A stretch of DNA of 64,000 nucleotides from Vulcanimicrobiota bacterium (GCA_963833095.1 CAWHWQ010000004.1:64001-128000); one strand, 5' to 3'. Counted from the first letter of the stretch, positions 9,959 to 19,991 are shown. Program-made: numbers and translations. The notes: generated by a model from the sequence alone, not told the origin.

Positions 9959-10590
9959 TCGGTGCCGATCATGTCCTTCGTGTGCCAGGCGATATTGCCG
10001 GCGCGATCGCCCACGCGTTCGAGCGAGGCGAGCACGAAAAGGAAGCGCGTGCCGGAGCGCACCAGCTCGGGATCCGCCTGCATTTCTTCTTGCAGAAGCT
10101 TGATGCTGCGCTTATAGAGCTTATCGACTTCGTCATCGCGATCGATGACTTCGCTCGCAAGATGCGCATCGCGCTCCGTATAGGCGCGCATGGCGTCGAG
10201 CAGCATGCCGTGCGCGACGCTTGCAATGCGATCGATCTCGACCTTATGCGGGCGCAAGGATTGATCCGAAAGTTTGATTGCGTTCTTGGCGATGTCGACC
10301 GCGTAGTCGCCGATCCGCTCGAGATCCGTCGCGATTTCAAGCATTGCCGCAATCTCGCGCAACTCGCCGGCAACCGGCTGCTGCCGCCAGATCAATTCGA
10401 TGCAATGCGATTCGATGCGCCGCCGCAAGTCATCGACCGAATCGTCGCCCGCGACGACGCGCGCGCCGGCTGTCGCGTCGCGGCGTTCCAGCGCTTCGAC
10501 CGCGACGCGAATCGCGTCGCCGCAAAGCGCACCTAAGCGCACGACGTCTAGTCGTGTCGCCTCGAGCGCCTCGTGATAGGCGGTCCGCAC
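9955..10590 (-). CDS. phoU: Phosphate signalling protein PhoU
   Basis: QQPVAGELR, DLERIGDYA and LERVGD repeats. Confidence 0.95.
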   Translation of the reverse strand: MRTAYHEALEATRLDVVRLGALCGDAIRVAVEALERRDATAGARVVAGDDSVDDLRRRIESHCIELIWRQQPVAGELREIAAMLEIATDLERIGDYAVDIAKNAIKLSDQSLRPHKVEIDRIASVAHGMLLDAMRAYTERDAHLASEVIDRDDEVDKLYKRSIKLLQEEMQADPELVRSGTRFLFVLASLERVGDRAGNIAWHTKDMIGTE

Positions 10591-10694
10591 TTCTACGCAT
10601 CCTCCCTCTGGGCGTAAGTCAAGCGGAAGTAAGTCTACCGCAAGACAGAGAAAGCCCCTGCGCTCTTTATGAAATCATAAGATAGGGGATATGA

Positions 10695-11552
10695 ATGGCG
10701 GATGAAATTCGCACCGTAGGCGTCTGCGGGGCGGGACTCATGGGCAACGGCATCGCGCAGGCCTGCGCGGCCGCCGGTTTCAACGTCGTCCTGATGGAGG
10801 TGGCCGACGAGCCGCTGCGCCGCGGAGTGACGAGCATCACCAAATCGCTCGACAAATTCGTGGAAAAAGGGAAGCTACAGCAACAGGAACGCGATGCCGC
10901 CATTGCTCGGATCAAGCCGACAACCAAGGTCGCGGACCTTGCTGGGTGCGATCTCATCATCGAAGCTATCGTCGAAAACGTGGACGTCAAGACCAAGCTC
11001 TTCACCCAGCTCGACGACCTGCTCGCGCCGCATGCAATCATCTGCACGAATACCTCGAGCCTCTGCGTGATCGAGCTGGCGGCTAAAACCAAGCGCCCGA
11101 ACCGTGTGGCCGGCTTGCACTTCTTCAACCCCGTCCCGATCATGAAGCTCGTCGAAGTGGTCAAGACCATTGCCACGACCCAGGACGTGATCGATTCACT
11201 CTTCGCCTTTGCCAAGAGGCTCGGCAAGGAACCGATTCTGGCTCAAGACACGCCCGGGTTCGTGGTGAACCGGCTGCTGATCCCGTATCTGCTCTACGCG
11301 ATCCGCTGCTACGAGGGCGGCCTAGCCAGTAAAGAAGACATCGACAAAGGCATGAAGCTAGGCTGCGGGTATCCGATGGGCCCACTCGAGCTACTCGACT
11401 TCGTCGGTCTGGACACGACGTATTTCATCGCCAACATCATGTTCGACGAATTCAAGGACCCCGCGATGGCGGCGCCGCCGCTGCTCAAGCGCATGGTGCT
11501 CGCCGGCCGCTTCGGTCGCAAGAGCGGGAAGGGTTTTTACGATTATGACTGA
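10695..11552 (+). CDS. hbd: 3-hydroxybutyryl-CoA / 3-hydroxyacyl-CoA dehydrogenase
   Basis: GAGLMGNGIA, EAIVE, TNTSS, GLHFFNP, PGFVVNR, GRKSGKGFY. Confidence 0.9.
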   Translation: MADEIRTVGVCGAGLMGNGIAQACAAAGFNVVLMEVADEPLRRGVTSITKSLDKFVEKGKLQQQERDAAIARIKPTTKVADLAGCDLIIEAIVENVDVKTKLFTQLDDLLAPHAIICTNTSSLCVIELAAKTKRPNRVAGLHFFNPVPIMKLVEVVKTIATTQDVIDSLFAFAKRLGKEPILAQDTPGFVVNRLLIPYLLYAIRCYEGGLASKEDIDKGMKLGCGYPMGPLELLDFVGLDTTYFIANIMFDEFKDPAMAAPPLLKRMVLAGRFGRKSGKGFYDYD

Positions 11553-12339
11553 GTCGATCTTCGAGACGATCCTGGTCGACAAAGACGGCGCGCTCGGCAT
11601 CATTACGCTCAACCGCCCAAACGTGCTCAATGCGCTCAACACTAAGTTGCTCGCGGAGCTTTCGTTTGCGCTGTTGGAACTCGAGCGTAACGCAGACGTG
11701 CGCGCGATCATCGTCACCGGAGCCGGCGAGAAGGCGTTTGCAGCCGGCGCCGACATCTCCGAGCTCAACGCCCTGCCGAGCGCTATCGCAGGTTCGGATC
11801 AAGCGCGGATGGGCCAATCGATCACGCGTCAGATCGAACGCCTGCGTACGCCGGTGATCATGGCGGTCAATGGCTTCGCGCTCGGAGGCGGCTGCGAGAT
11901 CGCGATGTCGGGCGATATTCGGATTGCGAGCGAAAATGCCAAGTTCGGTCAACCCGAGGTCAATCTTGGGATCATGCCCGGCTACGGCGGATCACAACGA
12001 ACGACCCGGCTCGTTGGTAAGGGCATGGCGATGTACCTGTGTCTGATCGGCGAGATGATCGACGCCCACGAAGCACTTCGCGGGGGCTTGGTGGAAAAGG
12101 TCGTGCCGCTTGCCGAGCTTTTGAATGAAGCCAAACGCATCGGCAACGCGATCGCTGCGAAAGCGCCGCTTGCCATCGCCGCAACCAAACGCGCGATCAA
12201 CAATGGCGCACATCTGGCCATTGACGATGCGCTCGAACTCGAAGCGCTCGAATTCGGCGGCCTCATCAGCACGCAAGATTTTAAGGAAGGCACGAGCGCT
12301 TTTCTCGAAAAACGCAAGCCCGCCTGGAAAGGCATGTAG
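11545..12339 (+). CDS. Enoyl-CoA hydratase (crotonase)
   Basis: AFAAGADI, NGFALGGGCE, FGQPEVNLG. Confidence 0.93.
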   Translation: MTESIFETILVDKDGALGIITLNRPNVLNALNTKLLAELSFALLELERNADVRAIIVTGAGEKAFAAGADISELNALPSAIAGSDQARMGQSITRQIERLRTPVIMAVNGFALGGGCEIAMSGDIRIASENAKFGQPEVNLGIMPGYGGSQRTTRLVGKGMAMYLCLIGEMIDAHEALRGGLVEKVVPLAELLNEAKRIGNAIAAKAPLAIAATKRAINNGAHLAIDDALELEALEFGGLISTQDFKEGTSAFLEKRKPAWKGM

Positions 12340-13212
12340 ATGCGGGCCACGCTCGGTGCGCTTCTTCTCGCGCTCGCAGCGTGTCCGCTTGTTGCACGCG
12401 CGGATGACGTCGGACCATCGCGCGACATCCGTGCCATCCATCACGACCTTCCGATTCTCCTAATGCGAGATCTCCGCGCCCACAACATTTCGCCTTCGGC
12501 AGTAAGACTCGACGGCGTTGCTATCTCCGGCGATCTTGCCATGGTGCAATGGCACGCGGAGAAACGCTCCGGTATCGTCGGCATGGAGCTACGCTTCGGT
12601 CGCTGGTGGCTCGATCAGCGTGCGCCGGTCGACGCCCCCATCGATTACGCAGGGTACGGTTGCGCCGGCCTCCAGGCGCCATTTCAAGCGCTTGTGCCGG
12701 TTGCACGAGATCATCTTCCCGCAATCGATGCGATGATCGCACGACAGGCACAAGCGCCAAAAGGGGGAGCCATGGGAATCCCCGATTGTCCCACCATTAT
12801 TCATTCCTGGTTTCCGGCCCCCACGATGCTTGCTGCACCGTACGAAGCAACGATCGCCTTCGCGAAGACTGACGTCTATCCCGAAACCGGCGCTAGTCTC
12901 GAAGACCTCAACGGACGCGCCCCGACCAAAGCGGAGAGTTGGATCACGCCGGGCGGCAACAGTTACTTTTTCTTCTCGGGCACGGTGAAGGCGGAGCAGC
13001 CGGTGCACGTGCAGGCCGGCACGACGCTCGACGTATGGTTCCCGTTCGTCCTCGATCCGCCCATAAAATATAGCCTCACAATCGGCGGCGCGGGATTCAC
13101 CCCGATCGGTCCGATCGACGGGACACTTTCCGACAACACGCTGCACTTCATCCTGCCGGCCTTCACGGCGCCGCCGGGCGTCGACGTGATGGGTGAGATC
13201 GAAAGCGATTGA
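12340..13212 (+). CDS. Hypothetical secreted protein
   Basis: Signal peptide MRATLGALLLALAACPLVARA; starts directly after the crotonase stop. Confidence 0.6.
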   Translation: MRATLGALLLALAACPLVARADDVGPSRDIRAIHHDLPILLMRDLRAHNISPSAVRLDGVAISGDLAMVQWHAEKRSGIVGMELRFGRWWLDQRAPVDAPIDYAGYGCAGLQAPFQALVPVARDHLPAIDAMIARQAQAPKGGAMGIPDCPTIIHSWFPAPTMLAAPYEATIAFAKTDVYPETGASLEDLNGRAPTKAESWITPGGNSYFFFSGTVKAEQPVHVQAGTTLDVWFPFVLDPPIKYSLTIGGAGFTPIGPIDGTLSDNTLHFILPAFTAPPGVDVMGEIESD

Positions 13213-13297
13213 TCCCCTCGGTCCCTCGCCCTTCGAGGCTCGCGCTTACGCGCTCGCACCTCAGGGTGACACACTTCCCTAGGCGCGGGATGACAAA
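13211..13297 (-). repeat. Composite palindromic repeat: a GTCACCCTGAG-type unit nested inside a GTCATCCC-type unit
   Basis: Reverse complement reads TTGTCATCCCGCGCCTAG-[GTGTCACCCTGAGGTGCGAGCG..CGAGCCTCGAAGGGC]-GAGGGACCGAGGGGATC. Confidence 0.75.
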
Positions 13298-13300
13298 GGG

Positions 13301-13780
13301 TTACTGCAACGTTTTTTGCGCGTGCGCCATCGCGAGTTCGATCGCGGGATTGAAGCCCGACCAGGTTGCACGAATACGTCCTTGCGGATCGATCACCACG
13401 ATCGTCGGGAAGCCTTCGATCTGAAAAAATCCCTGCGAGCTACTGGTTGGGTCAAGCACCACGTCGCGTAGGTGCATGCGCTGCGCGTAACGCGCCGCGA
13501 CCGCAGGAGGTTCGCCAACGTCGATAGGTATCACCACGACATTGGGATGCGCGTGGACGTAATGTTCGACGAGAGGCGCCTCCAGCCGGCACGGCTCACA
13601 CCACGACGCAAAGAAGTCGAGAAAGACCACGCGCCCGTGCTCGTCGCTGATATGAAACGTCCCGCCGTCGAGCTTAGAATACGCGATGCGCGGCGCGGGA
13701 TAGGCGTTCGCAACATTCAGCGCGCGCGGCGCGAAGAAGATCTTCCACCCGATGAACGCGACCACGCACAGCGCGAGCAC
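13301..13780 (-). CDS. TlpA-like thiol-disulfide oxidoreductase
   Basis: DFFASWCEPC, GFPT, N-terminal membrane anchor. Confidence 0.88.
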   Translation of the reverse strand: MLALCVVAFIGWKIFFAPRALNVANAYPAPRIAYSKLDGGTFHISDEHGRVVFLDFFASWCEPCRLEAPLVEHYVHAHPNVVVIPIDVGEPPAVAARYAQRMHLRDVVLDPTSSSQGFFQIEGFPTIVVIDPQGRIRATWSGFNPAIELAMAHAQKTLQ

Positions 13781-13799
13781 GTCAAAGACGCGCCCCCAC

Positions 13800-15005
13800 T
13801 TAGTCGACGAGAAGAACCGCCGCGATGCCTTGCCCTCCGCCGATGCACGCCGACGCTATGCCGTAGCCGCCGCCGTGCGCGCGCAAATCGTTGAGCGTGG
13901 TAAGCGCAAGGCGCGCGCCTGATGCGCCGAGCGGATGCCCGAGCGAAATTGCGCCGCCGTGCGGATTGAAACGCACCCCATTGCTCCCCATTTCCTTCAT
14001 ACACGCGAGCACTTGCGGTGCAAAGGCTTCGTTGATCTCCATCACCCCAAGATCTTTTTCCGCGATGTTCGCGCGTTGCAAGGCTTTGGGAATCGCGTAG
14101 GCCGGTCCGATGCCCATGATCGAAGGGTCGACACCGACCACGCTCGAGCTCACCAGCCGTCCGAGCCAGGTCAGTCCGTCGGCCTTCGCCTGCTTCACCG
14201 TGGTCAGTACCACGGCGGCCGCACCGTCGGTCAGTCCGCTCGCGTTTCCCGGCGTCACGACGCCGTCTTTCACGAACCGCGCCGGCAACTTGCTGAGCTT
14301 CTCCATCGAGAGGCCGGCGCGCGGACCTTCGTCCTTATCAATGACATTCTGCGTGCCTTTGGGACCGCTGACCGTAACCGGCGCGATCTCATCGGCAAAG
14401 TATCCACTCGCCTGTGACTCGAGCGCGCGCGACTGACTTGCGAGCGCAAACTCATCGCAGGCTTCGCGCACGATGCCATACTTCTTGGCAAGGTTCTCGG
14501 CGGTTATCGCCATCGGCGTATTGGCATACGAATCGGTGAGCGCGCTCCACAGCGAATCCTCGAACTGCACGTTGGCACCAAAGGGAAAGCCGCGGCGCGC
14601 GCCACGGACCACGTGCGGCGACTGCGTCATGTTTTCGGTGCCGCCGGCGAGTGCGTAGGTGCTTTCGCCCAACCGCAGCGAGCGCGCGGCGGAAAGGATC
14701 GCCTCGAGCCCCGAGCCGCACAGCCGGTTCACCGTCACCGCCGCCACCCCGACGGGCACGCCGGCGCGCAACCCAACGTGGCGCGCCAGGTAGATCGCGT
14801 CGGCGCTGGACTGGATGACGTTGCCGAACACGACGTCGTCGATCCGTTCGGCGGGAATGCCGCTGCGCTCGATGGCGGCTGTCGCGGCTGCGACGCCCAG
14901 ATCGGTAGCGGTGAGGTCGGCGAGGGCTCCGCCCAGGTTGCCGAAGGGCGTGCGGGCGCCCGCAACTATAACGATATCGCTGTCGCTTGGTGCTCTACTA
15001 GCCAT
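13800..15005 (-). CDS. Acetyl-CoA C-acyltransferase (thiolase)
   Basis: NRLCGSG, NEAF, GHPLGASG, CIGGGQG; likely ATG at 15005. Confidence 0.93.
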   Translation of the reverse strand: MASRAPSDSDIVIVAGARTPFGNLGGALADLTATDLGVAAATAAIERSGIPAERIDDVVFGNVIQSSADAIYLARHVGLRAGVPVGVAAVTVNRLCGSGLEAILSAARSLRLGESTYALAGGTENMTQSPHVVRGARRGFPFGANVQFEDSLWSALTDSYANTPMAITAENLAKKYGIVREACDEFALASQSRALESQASGYFADEIAPVTVSGPKGTQNVIDKDEGPRAGLSMEKLSKLPARFVKDGVVTPGNASGLTDGAAAVVLTTVKQAKADGLTWLGRLVSSSVVGVDPSIMGIGPAYAIPKALQRANIAEKDLGVMEINEAFAPQVLACMKEMGSNGVRFNPHGGAISLGHPLGASGARLALTTLNDLRAHGGGYGIASACIGGGQGIAAVLLVD

Positions 15006-15065
15006 GGGCCGGGGGTATTCCCAGGAAGTTCCAGGGAGCACCCCTAACCTTCGCGGGTCATGCCA

Positions 15066-16006
15066 ATGAAACGACCTGCCGCCATTACGCTCGATGCCCG
15101 GTCGCTGTCGCCTGCGAGTAAGACCGAACAGATCCTCGAAGCGTTCGACAAGCTGCAATCGGCGGCGCCCTCGAAATCAACGAAGAGAGCGATCCTCGCG
15201 CGTTGCGCAACGAGATGACGCAGCTGCGCCCGGGGCGTTTCTCGTGGGACGCGCGCAACCTGGGCGGAAGCCGCTGGACGATTCGCCTCGAGCGGATCGA
15301 CGAGCACGCCGACGGTGAAACCTTCCTGGCGCACGTCCCGCAGTTCACGCAAGCCAAGGCCCCGACCATCAAGGAACTCGCCACTCAAATGAGCGAGCGC
15401 AGCTACAAATCCGGCGACACGATTTTCGACGAGGGCGAGATGTGGCCGTATCTCGGCATCGTGAAGAGCGGCAAAGTGATCTACACGCTGCTCTCGCCCG
15501 ACGGCAAGACGCACACGATCGGCGAGCGTCTCACGCACGACACGCTCAACGAGAGCGGCACTTTCGACGGCGGCGGCGCCACGACGCGCGCCGAAGCGCT
15601 CACCGATGCTACCGTTGTCACGCTTCCGAGCGAAGCGGTGATTCACGCGGTGCGCAACGACGCCGAACTCGCGCTCGGGTTCTTGATCGCCGCCTCGCAA
15701 GCGCGGCGCCGTTCGATCGACACGATCGCCGATCTCGCGTTCGCCCACGTGCTGCAGCGCGTCGCAAAGTTCTTGCTCGGCTACGCGCGCGCATCGGTCG
15801 GCATGACGCGCGGACTGCCCGGCGTCGAGAATCTCTCGCAGGCGCAGATCGCCGCGGCCGCCGGAACCGTGCGCGACATGGCGGCCCGCGCGCTGCTGCG
15901 CTTGAAGAACTCGAACGCCGTCGAACTCGATCGCGGCCGCGTCAAGGCGATCGACCGCGCGCGGCTCGAAGCCTTCGCCCACAACGTTCAAGCCCCACCG
16001 GTTTGA
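15066..16006 (+). CDS. Crp/Fnr regulator with N-terminal DUF2249-like domain (one frameshift near 15160)
   Basis: cNMP-binding fold plus HTH (SQAQIAAAAGTVRD); the upstream frame gives LDARSLSPASKTEQILEAFDKL, then GGALEINEESDPRALRNE. Confidence 0.8.
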
Positions 16007-16560
16007 TCGAACACCTTCCCGCACGCGAATACGCAGAACAGCCTTGGAAAAACGGCGGCGGTCTCACACGAGAGATCGCCGTCGCCCTTTCCGACGAAGT
16101 AACGCCGCGCGTGCTGTGGCGCCTCTCCCTCGCCACGATCGATCGCGACGGGTCCTTCTCGCCGTTTCGCGGCTACGACCGCACCATCGTGGCTATTGAC
16201 GGCGGCCCAGTCGAACTGGAGGTCGAGGGCCAGAACGTTTTGCTTGACCGCGGCGAGCCCTACGCGTTCCCCGGCGAAGCCCAGGTCACGTGCCGGTTAC
16301 GCGCCGGCGCGGCGCGCGATCTCAACGTGATGACGCTGCGTGACGATTATGCGCACGACGTGGAGATCGTGACGTCGATCCAACGCTTCGTGCTCGACGA
16401 AGACGAAATCGTGTTCGTCTACGCGATCGAGGGGGAAGCGACCGCGTTAAGCGCTGCATGCGCGCAGGGCGATACGCTTGCGCTTCAGGCCGACGACGAC
16501 GATACCATCGAGGTACGCACCGCCGGCCTCGCGGCCGTCGTCCGAATCACCTCGCTCTAG
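16003..16560 (+). CDS. HutD/Ves family protein
   Basis: PWKNGGGLTREIA, WRLSLA, FSPFRGYDR, DLNVM; TTG start overlaps the Crp stop. Confidence 0.88.
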   Translation: MIEHLPAREYAEQPWKNGGGLTREIAVALSDEVTPRVLWRLSLATIDRDGSFSPFRGYDRTIVAIDGGPVELEVEGQNVLLDRGEPYAFPGEAQVTCRLRAGAARDLNVMTLRDDYAHDVEIVTSIQRFVLDEDEIVFVYAIEGEATALSAACAQGDTLALQADDDDTIEVRTAGLAAVVRITSL

Positions 16561-16622
16561 GCATCGAATTGGAGCGCATGATTCGTAGTGCGGTGCGGGG
16601 CGTTCGCGCCTACACTAAGGTC

Positions 16623-17090
16623 ATGAACAGCTCTGTACAACTCGCCCTCGCCTATCTTCCGATGCCCGTCGAGATCGCGGCCGAGGCCCGCCGAACGCTA
16701 CGCGATCGGTTTGGGCACCAGCTCCAGGTGGAGCGGAACCAAGCTCCGTGTCGCTCGTGTCTACGAATATCGAAAGAACCCGAGGATCTGATTCTGCTCT
16801 CCTATCAGCCGTTGCCCGATACGAATCCCTACGCCGAAATTGGACCGATCTTCATCCACGCGCGCGAGTGCGTGCCGTACCACTCAGGCGACTTCCCGGC
16901 GGACTTCCTTGACCGCGAGTTGGTGGTTCGTGCCTACGGCCACGACGGGCGAATCGCCGACGCGCTGGTCGCCGCGCCGGGAGACGCCGAGGGCGCTGCG
17001 GCTGGCTTTCTCGCAAACGACCGCATCGCCGAAGCGCACGTGCGCCATCGCAGCTACACATGCTTCGATTTCAAGATTGTGCGCGCATGA
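16623..17090 (+). CDS. DUF1203 family protein
   Basis: PCRSCL, PYAEIGPIFIH, HVRH..CF. Confidence 0.8.
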   Translation: MNSSVQLALAYLPMPVEIAAEARRTLRDRFGHQLQVERNQAPCRSCLRISKEPEDLILLSYQPLPDTNPYAEIGPIFIHARECVPYHSGDFPADFLDRELVVRAYGHDGRIADALVAAPGDAEGAAAGFLANDRIAEAHVRHRSYTCFDFKIVRA

Positions 17091-17968
17091 ACACCCCGTC
17101 CTTCTACGGCGTAAAGACGACCGGCATCTACTGCCGCACGGGCTGCGCCAGCCGAAAGGCACTCGCGCGCAACATGCGATTTTTCAACGACGTGCAATCT
17201 GCACGTGATGCCGGCTTTCGCGCATGCAAGCGCTGCCGGCCCGATGAGGCAGCGTCGATCGATTCGCGTATCGTGCAAGCCTGTCGCTTACTCGATAAAG
17301 CCGGCGACCGCATAACGCTCGACGAACTCGCGCGGCGCGTGACCTTGAGTCCGGCGTATTTCCAGCGCCTCTTTACACGCACGATTGGGATCTCGCCGCG
17401 CGCGTATGGAAAGCTCGCGCGCGACAATCGCTTCGAGCGGCCGCGCGGTGGCGGCAAAGGCAAACAGGTTGCTTATGCGATCGTCGATTCGTCGCTTGGT
17501 CGCGTGCTTGTCGCCGCCACAGCACGCGGAATTTGCCGCGTCGACATCGGCGGGAGCGACAAGGCCCTCGAGCTGCGCCTTCGCGAGGCCTTCCCGCTCG
17601 CGCAATGCGAACGCAGCGACGACAGCCTCGAAAGCGCAACCTCGCGCATCGTCGCCTATCTCGCGAACGATGGGCCGTGGCCCTCGCTACCGCTCGACGT
17701 GCGCGCAACCGCGTTTCAAATGCGCGTGTGGGAAGCGCTGCGAACGATCAAGCCCGGCAAGACAATGCAGTACGCGGAACTGGCTCGCGCGATCGGCTCT
17801 CCTTCAGCGGCGCGCGCCGTAGCGCGAGCATGCGCGACCAATCCGGTCGCGCTGCTCATTCCGTGCCATCGCATCGTTGCGGCAAGCGGCGACGTTGGCG
17901 GTTACCGCTGGGGTGTGAAGCGCAAGGAGCGCCTACTCGCTAATGAACGAGCGTATAGTCGCCGGTGA
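17087..17968 (+). CDS. ada: Ada-type bifunctional regulator / O6-methylguanine-DNA methyltransferase
   Basis: Zn site TTGIYCRTGC..GFRACKRCRP, one AraC HTH, and the PCHR active site. Confidence 0.9.
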   Translation: MNTPSFYGVKTTGIYCRTGCASRKALARNMRFFNDVQSARDAGFRACKRCRPDEAASIDSRIVQACRLLDKAGDRITLDELARRVTLSPAYFQRLFTRTIGISPRAYGKLARDNRFERPRGGGKGKQVAYAIVDSSLGRVLVAATARGICRVDIGGSDKALELRLREAFPLAQCERSDDSLESATSRIVAYLANDGPWPSLPLDVRATAFQMRVWEALRTIKPGKTMQYAELARAIGSPSAARAVARACATNPVALLIPCHRIVAASGDVGGYRWGVKRKERLLANERAYSRR

Positions 17969-18353
17969 TCGCGGGATTGACCATTGACGTGTGCAGGCGC
18001 GGCCCACTGCATTCGGTTCCAGGGTGAACGCGTAGATTTTCGCGCGTCACGCCGTTGTCGAACACGTCGTCAACGCGGCAATCGCCCGCCCTGTGCGAGG
18101 TCGCAACCGCTACCATATACCGGCCCGGCTGTAGCGCGAGCTTAGAGTAGTATCCCTGGCCGTCGGTCGTCACCGTCGCCACTGCGGAGTCCACGTAATG
18201 CAGAGGCAAGCGAAAGAAGGCGACCTGCGCGCCGTTGAGCGGGCGTCCGTTCGCGTCATAGACGTGTCCGATGAAACCGCCCGTGCCGTTAGCAGCCGCA
18301 ACCGGAATCGCCGTGGCGACCAGCAGGCTGAGAATTCCAAGTAGCTGTCTCAT
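17940..18353 (-). CDS. Secreted carboxypeptidase-regulatory-like domain protein
   Basis: Signal peptide; GHVYDANGRPLNGAQV..TTDGQGYY..LQPGRY. Confidence 0.75.
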   Translation of the reverse strand: MRQLLGILSLLVATAIPVAAANGTGGFIGHVYDANGRPLNGAQVAFFRLPLHYVDSAVATVTTDGQGYYSKLALQPGRYMVAVATSHRAGDCRVDDVFDNGVTRENLRVHPGTECSGPRLHTSMVNPAITGDYTLVH

Positions 18354-18396
18354 GGCGACCCCGTACCCACGACCGCCGAGTGCTAACCGGTTCGAT

Positions 18397-18933
18397 CTAC
18401 GCCTTCACGGCATCCACGGACTCAAGCTCGCTCGTCTCTTCGTTGGTATGCAAGTCGAACGCCGCACGCTTGCTCTTTGCCGCCGCGTCTGCGAGCGGCT
18501 GTTGCTGCGGAGCGGCTGCTGGTTTGGGCGCATTAGCAAGCGCAGCGCGCCCCTTTTGCACCGAGCCGAGCGCGGCTGCAAGACGACCTTCCATTTCGGC
18601 GAGCACTTGCGTCGCGTAGTTATCCGCGCCTTCGCGGATCTTGCGCGCACGTTCTTCGGCTTCACGCAGGACGACCTCAGCGGTCGTACGCGCGCGCTGC
18701 ACGATTTCATGATCGTCGATCAATTCGTCGGCTTTTTCTTGCGCTGCACGCATGACACGCTCTTGGTCCTTGGCAATGATCTGCGCGCGTCCGACTTCTT
18801 TGGGAAGCGTAGAACGAATCTTCTCTACGAATTCCACGAGACGTTCCTCGGAGAGAACGCGGAAACCGGCGGGAAGCCAAGTTCCCTCATGTACGTAGCT
18901 CTCGAGCTTATCCAACACGCGATAGACCGACAT
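18397..18933 (-). CDS. Coiled-coil protein (DivIVA / ATP-synthase-b-like), often found after coaD
   Basis: Coiled-coil composition, LPKEV..A motif, position after coaD. Confidence 0.7.
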   Translation of the reverse strand: MSVYRVLDKLESYVHEGTWLPAGFRVLSEERLVEFVEKIRSTLPKEVGRAQIIAKDQERVMRAAQEKADELIDDHEIVQRARTTAEVVLREAEERARKIREGADNYATQVLAEMEGRLAAALGSVQKGRAALANAPKPAAAPQQQPLADAAAKSKRAAFDLHTNEETSELESVDAVKA

Positions 18934-18945
18934 TACGAACCTCCG

Positions 18946-19449
18946 TTACGCTTGCTTGAGTGCGGTGCGCTTCGTCGACATGACATTGAGTACCGGGACC
19001 GGTACGAACGGTGCGACGTCGCCACCGAGAAAGAAGACTTCTTTGACGAGGCTCGAGCTGACGAACGAATAGCGAGCATCCGACATCAGGAAGAGCGTAT
19101 CGACATTGGAGAGCGACCGATTCATGAGCGCGGTCGACATCTCGGTTTCGAAGTCGGAGACAACGCGAAGTCCCTTGACGATCACGTCGCCGTCCTGTGC
19201 TCTGACATAACCCGCAAGTAGACCTCGGAAGTGATCGACGCGCACGTTAGGGAGGTGCGCGACGCACTGCTTAAGCATGTGTTCGCGCTCGTCAAGCGTG
19301 AACATTGGATTGCGTTTTTGCGGATTGACGACAACGGCGACGATGAGTTCCCCGAACGCAGCGGCGGCTCGTTCGATGACGTCGAGGTGACCGTTCGTTG
19401 GTGGATCGAACGATCCCGGGTAGATGGCCCGCGTGACTCGGGGAGTCAA
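18946..19449 (-). CDS. coaD: Phosphopantetheine adenylyltransferase
   Basis: YPGSFDPPTNGHLD, KGLR, SSSLVKE. Confidence 0.96.
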   Translation of the reverse strand: MTPRVTRAIYPGSFDPPTNGHLDVIERAAAAFGELIVAVVVNPQKRNPMFTLDEREHMLKQCVAHLPNVRVDHFRGLLAGYVRAQDGDVIVKGLRVVSDFETEMSTALMNRSLSNVDTLFLMSDARYSFVSSSLVKEVFFLGGDVAPFVPVPVLNVMSTKRTALKQA

Positions 19450-19991
19450 CCTACGGTGAAGAACGCCAGAGCGACATCGCCGTAGACTTCTTCGCGTGTC
19501 GAGCGATACCCCGGTATGTCGGGAAGAATCCGTTTCGCGGCGTGTTCGTACACCACGAGCGCATCCGGCGCCAAGAGCGAACGCTCCAAGAGCAACCGGA
19601 AAATCTGCTGCGGCACCTCGTTCGCGTAGGGCGGGTCGAGATAGACGATATCAAACGGTCCCTCAATGCGATAGAGCGCGCGCTCGGCCGGCGCCGCGAC
19701 GACGCTCACGCGATCGTCGACCTCGAGGTCCTTGGCCGACTCTTCGATCGCCTGTGCCGTTTCACGATGCGCCTCGACGCTCACCACACGAGCCGCGCCG
19801 CGTGACGCGGCCTCAAAGCCGATCGCGCCGGTGCCGGCAAAGAGATCGAGCACGTTCGCGCCTTCGATCCGAGACATCAGGATCGAAAAGAGCGATTCTT
19901 TGACGCGGCCCGGCGTCGGACGCACGCTCATCCCCTTGGGCGACTTCAATTTTCGGCTCCCCAGCTCGCCGCCGGTGATCTTGGGACTCAA
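19446..19991 (-). CDS. rsmD: 16S rRNA m2G966 methyltransferase
   Basis: RPTxxRVKESLF, LDLFAGTG, EAASRGA, DPPY. Confidence 0.93.
   Translation of the reverse strand: MSPKITGGELGSRKLKSPKGMSVRPTPGRVKESLFSILMSRIEGANVLDLFAGTGAIGFEAASRGAARVVSVEAHRETAQAIEESAKDLEVDDRVSVVAAPAERALYRIEGPFDIVYLDPPYANEVPQQIFRLLLERSLLAPDALVVYEHAAKRILPDIPGYRSTREEVYGDVALAFFTVG

Noticed and set aside
10614..10635. GTAAGTC direct repeat upstream of phoU as a Pho box
   Set aside because: Spacing is 15 bp rather than 11, and there are only two copies.
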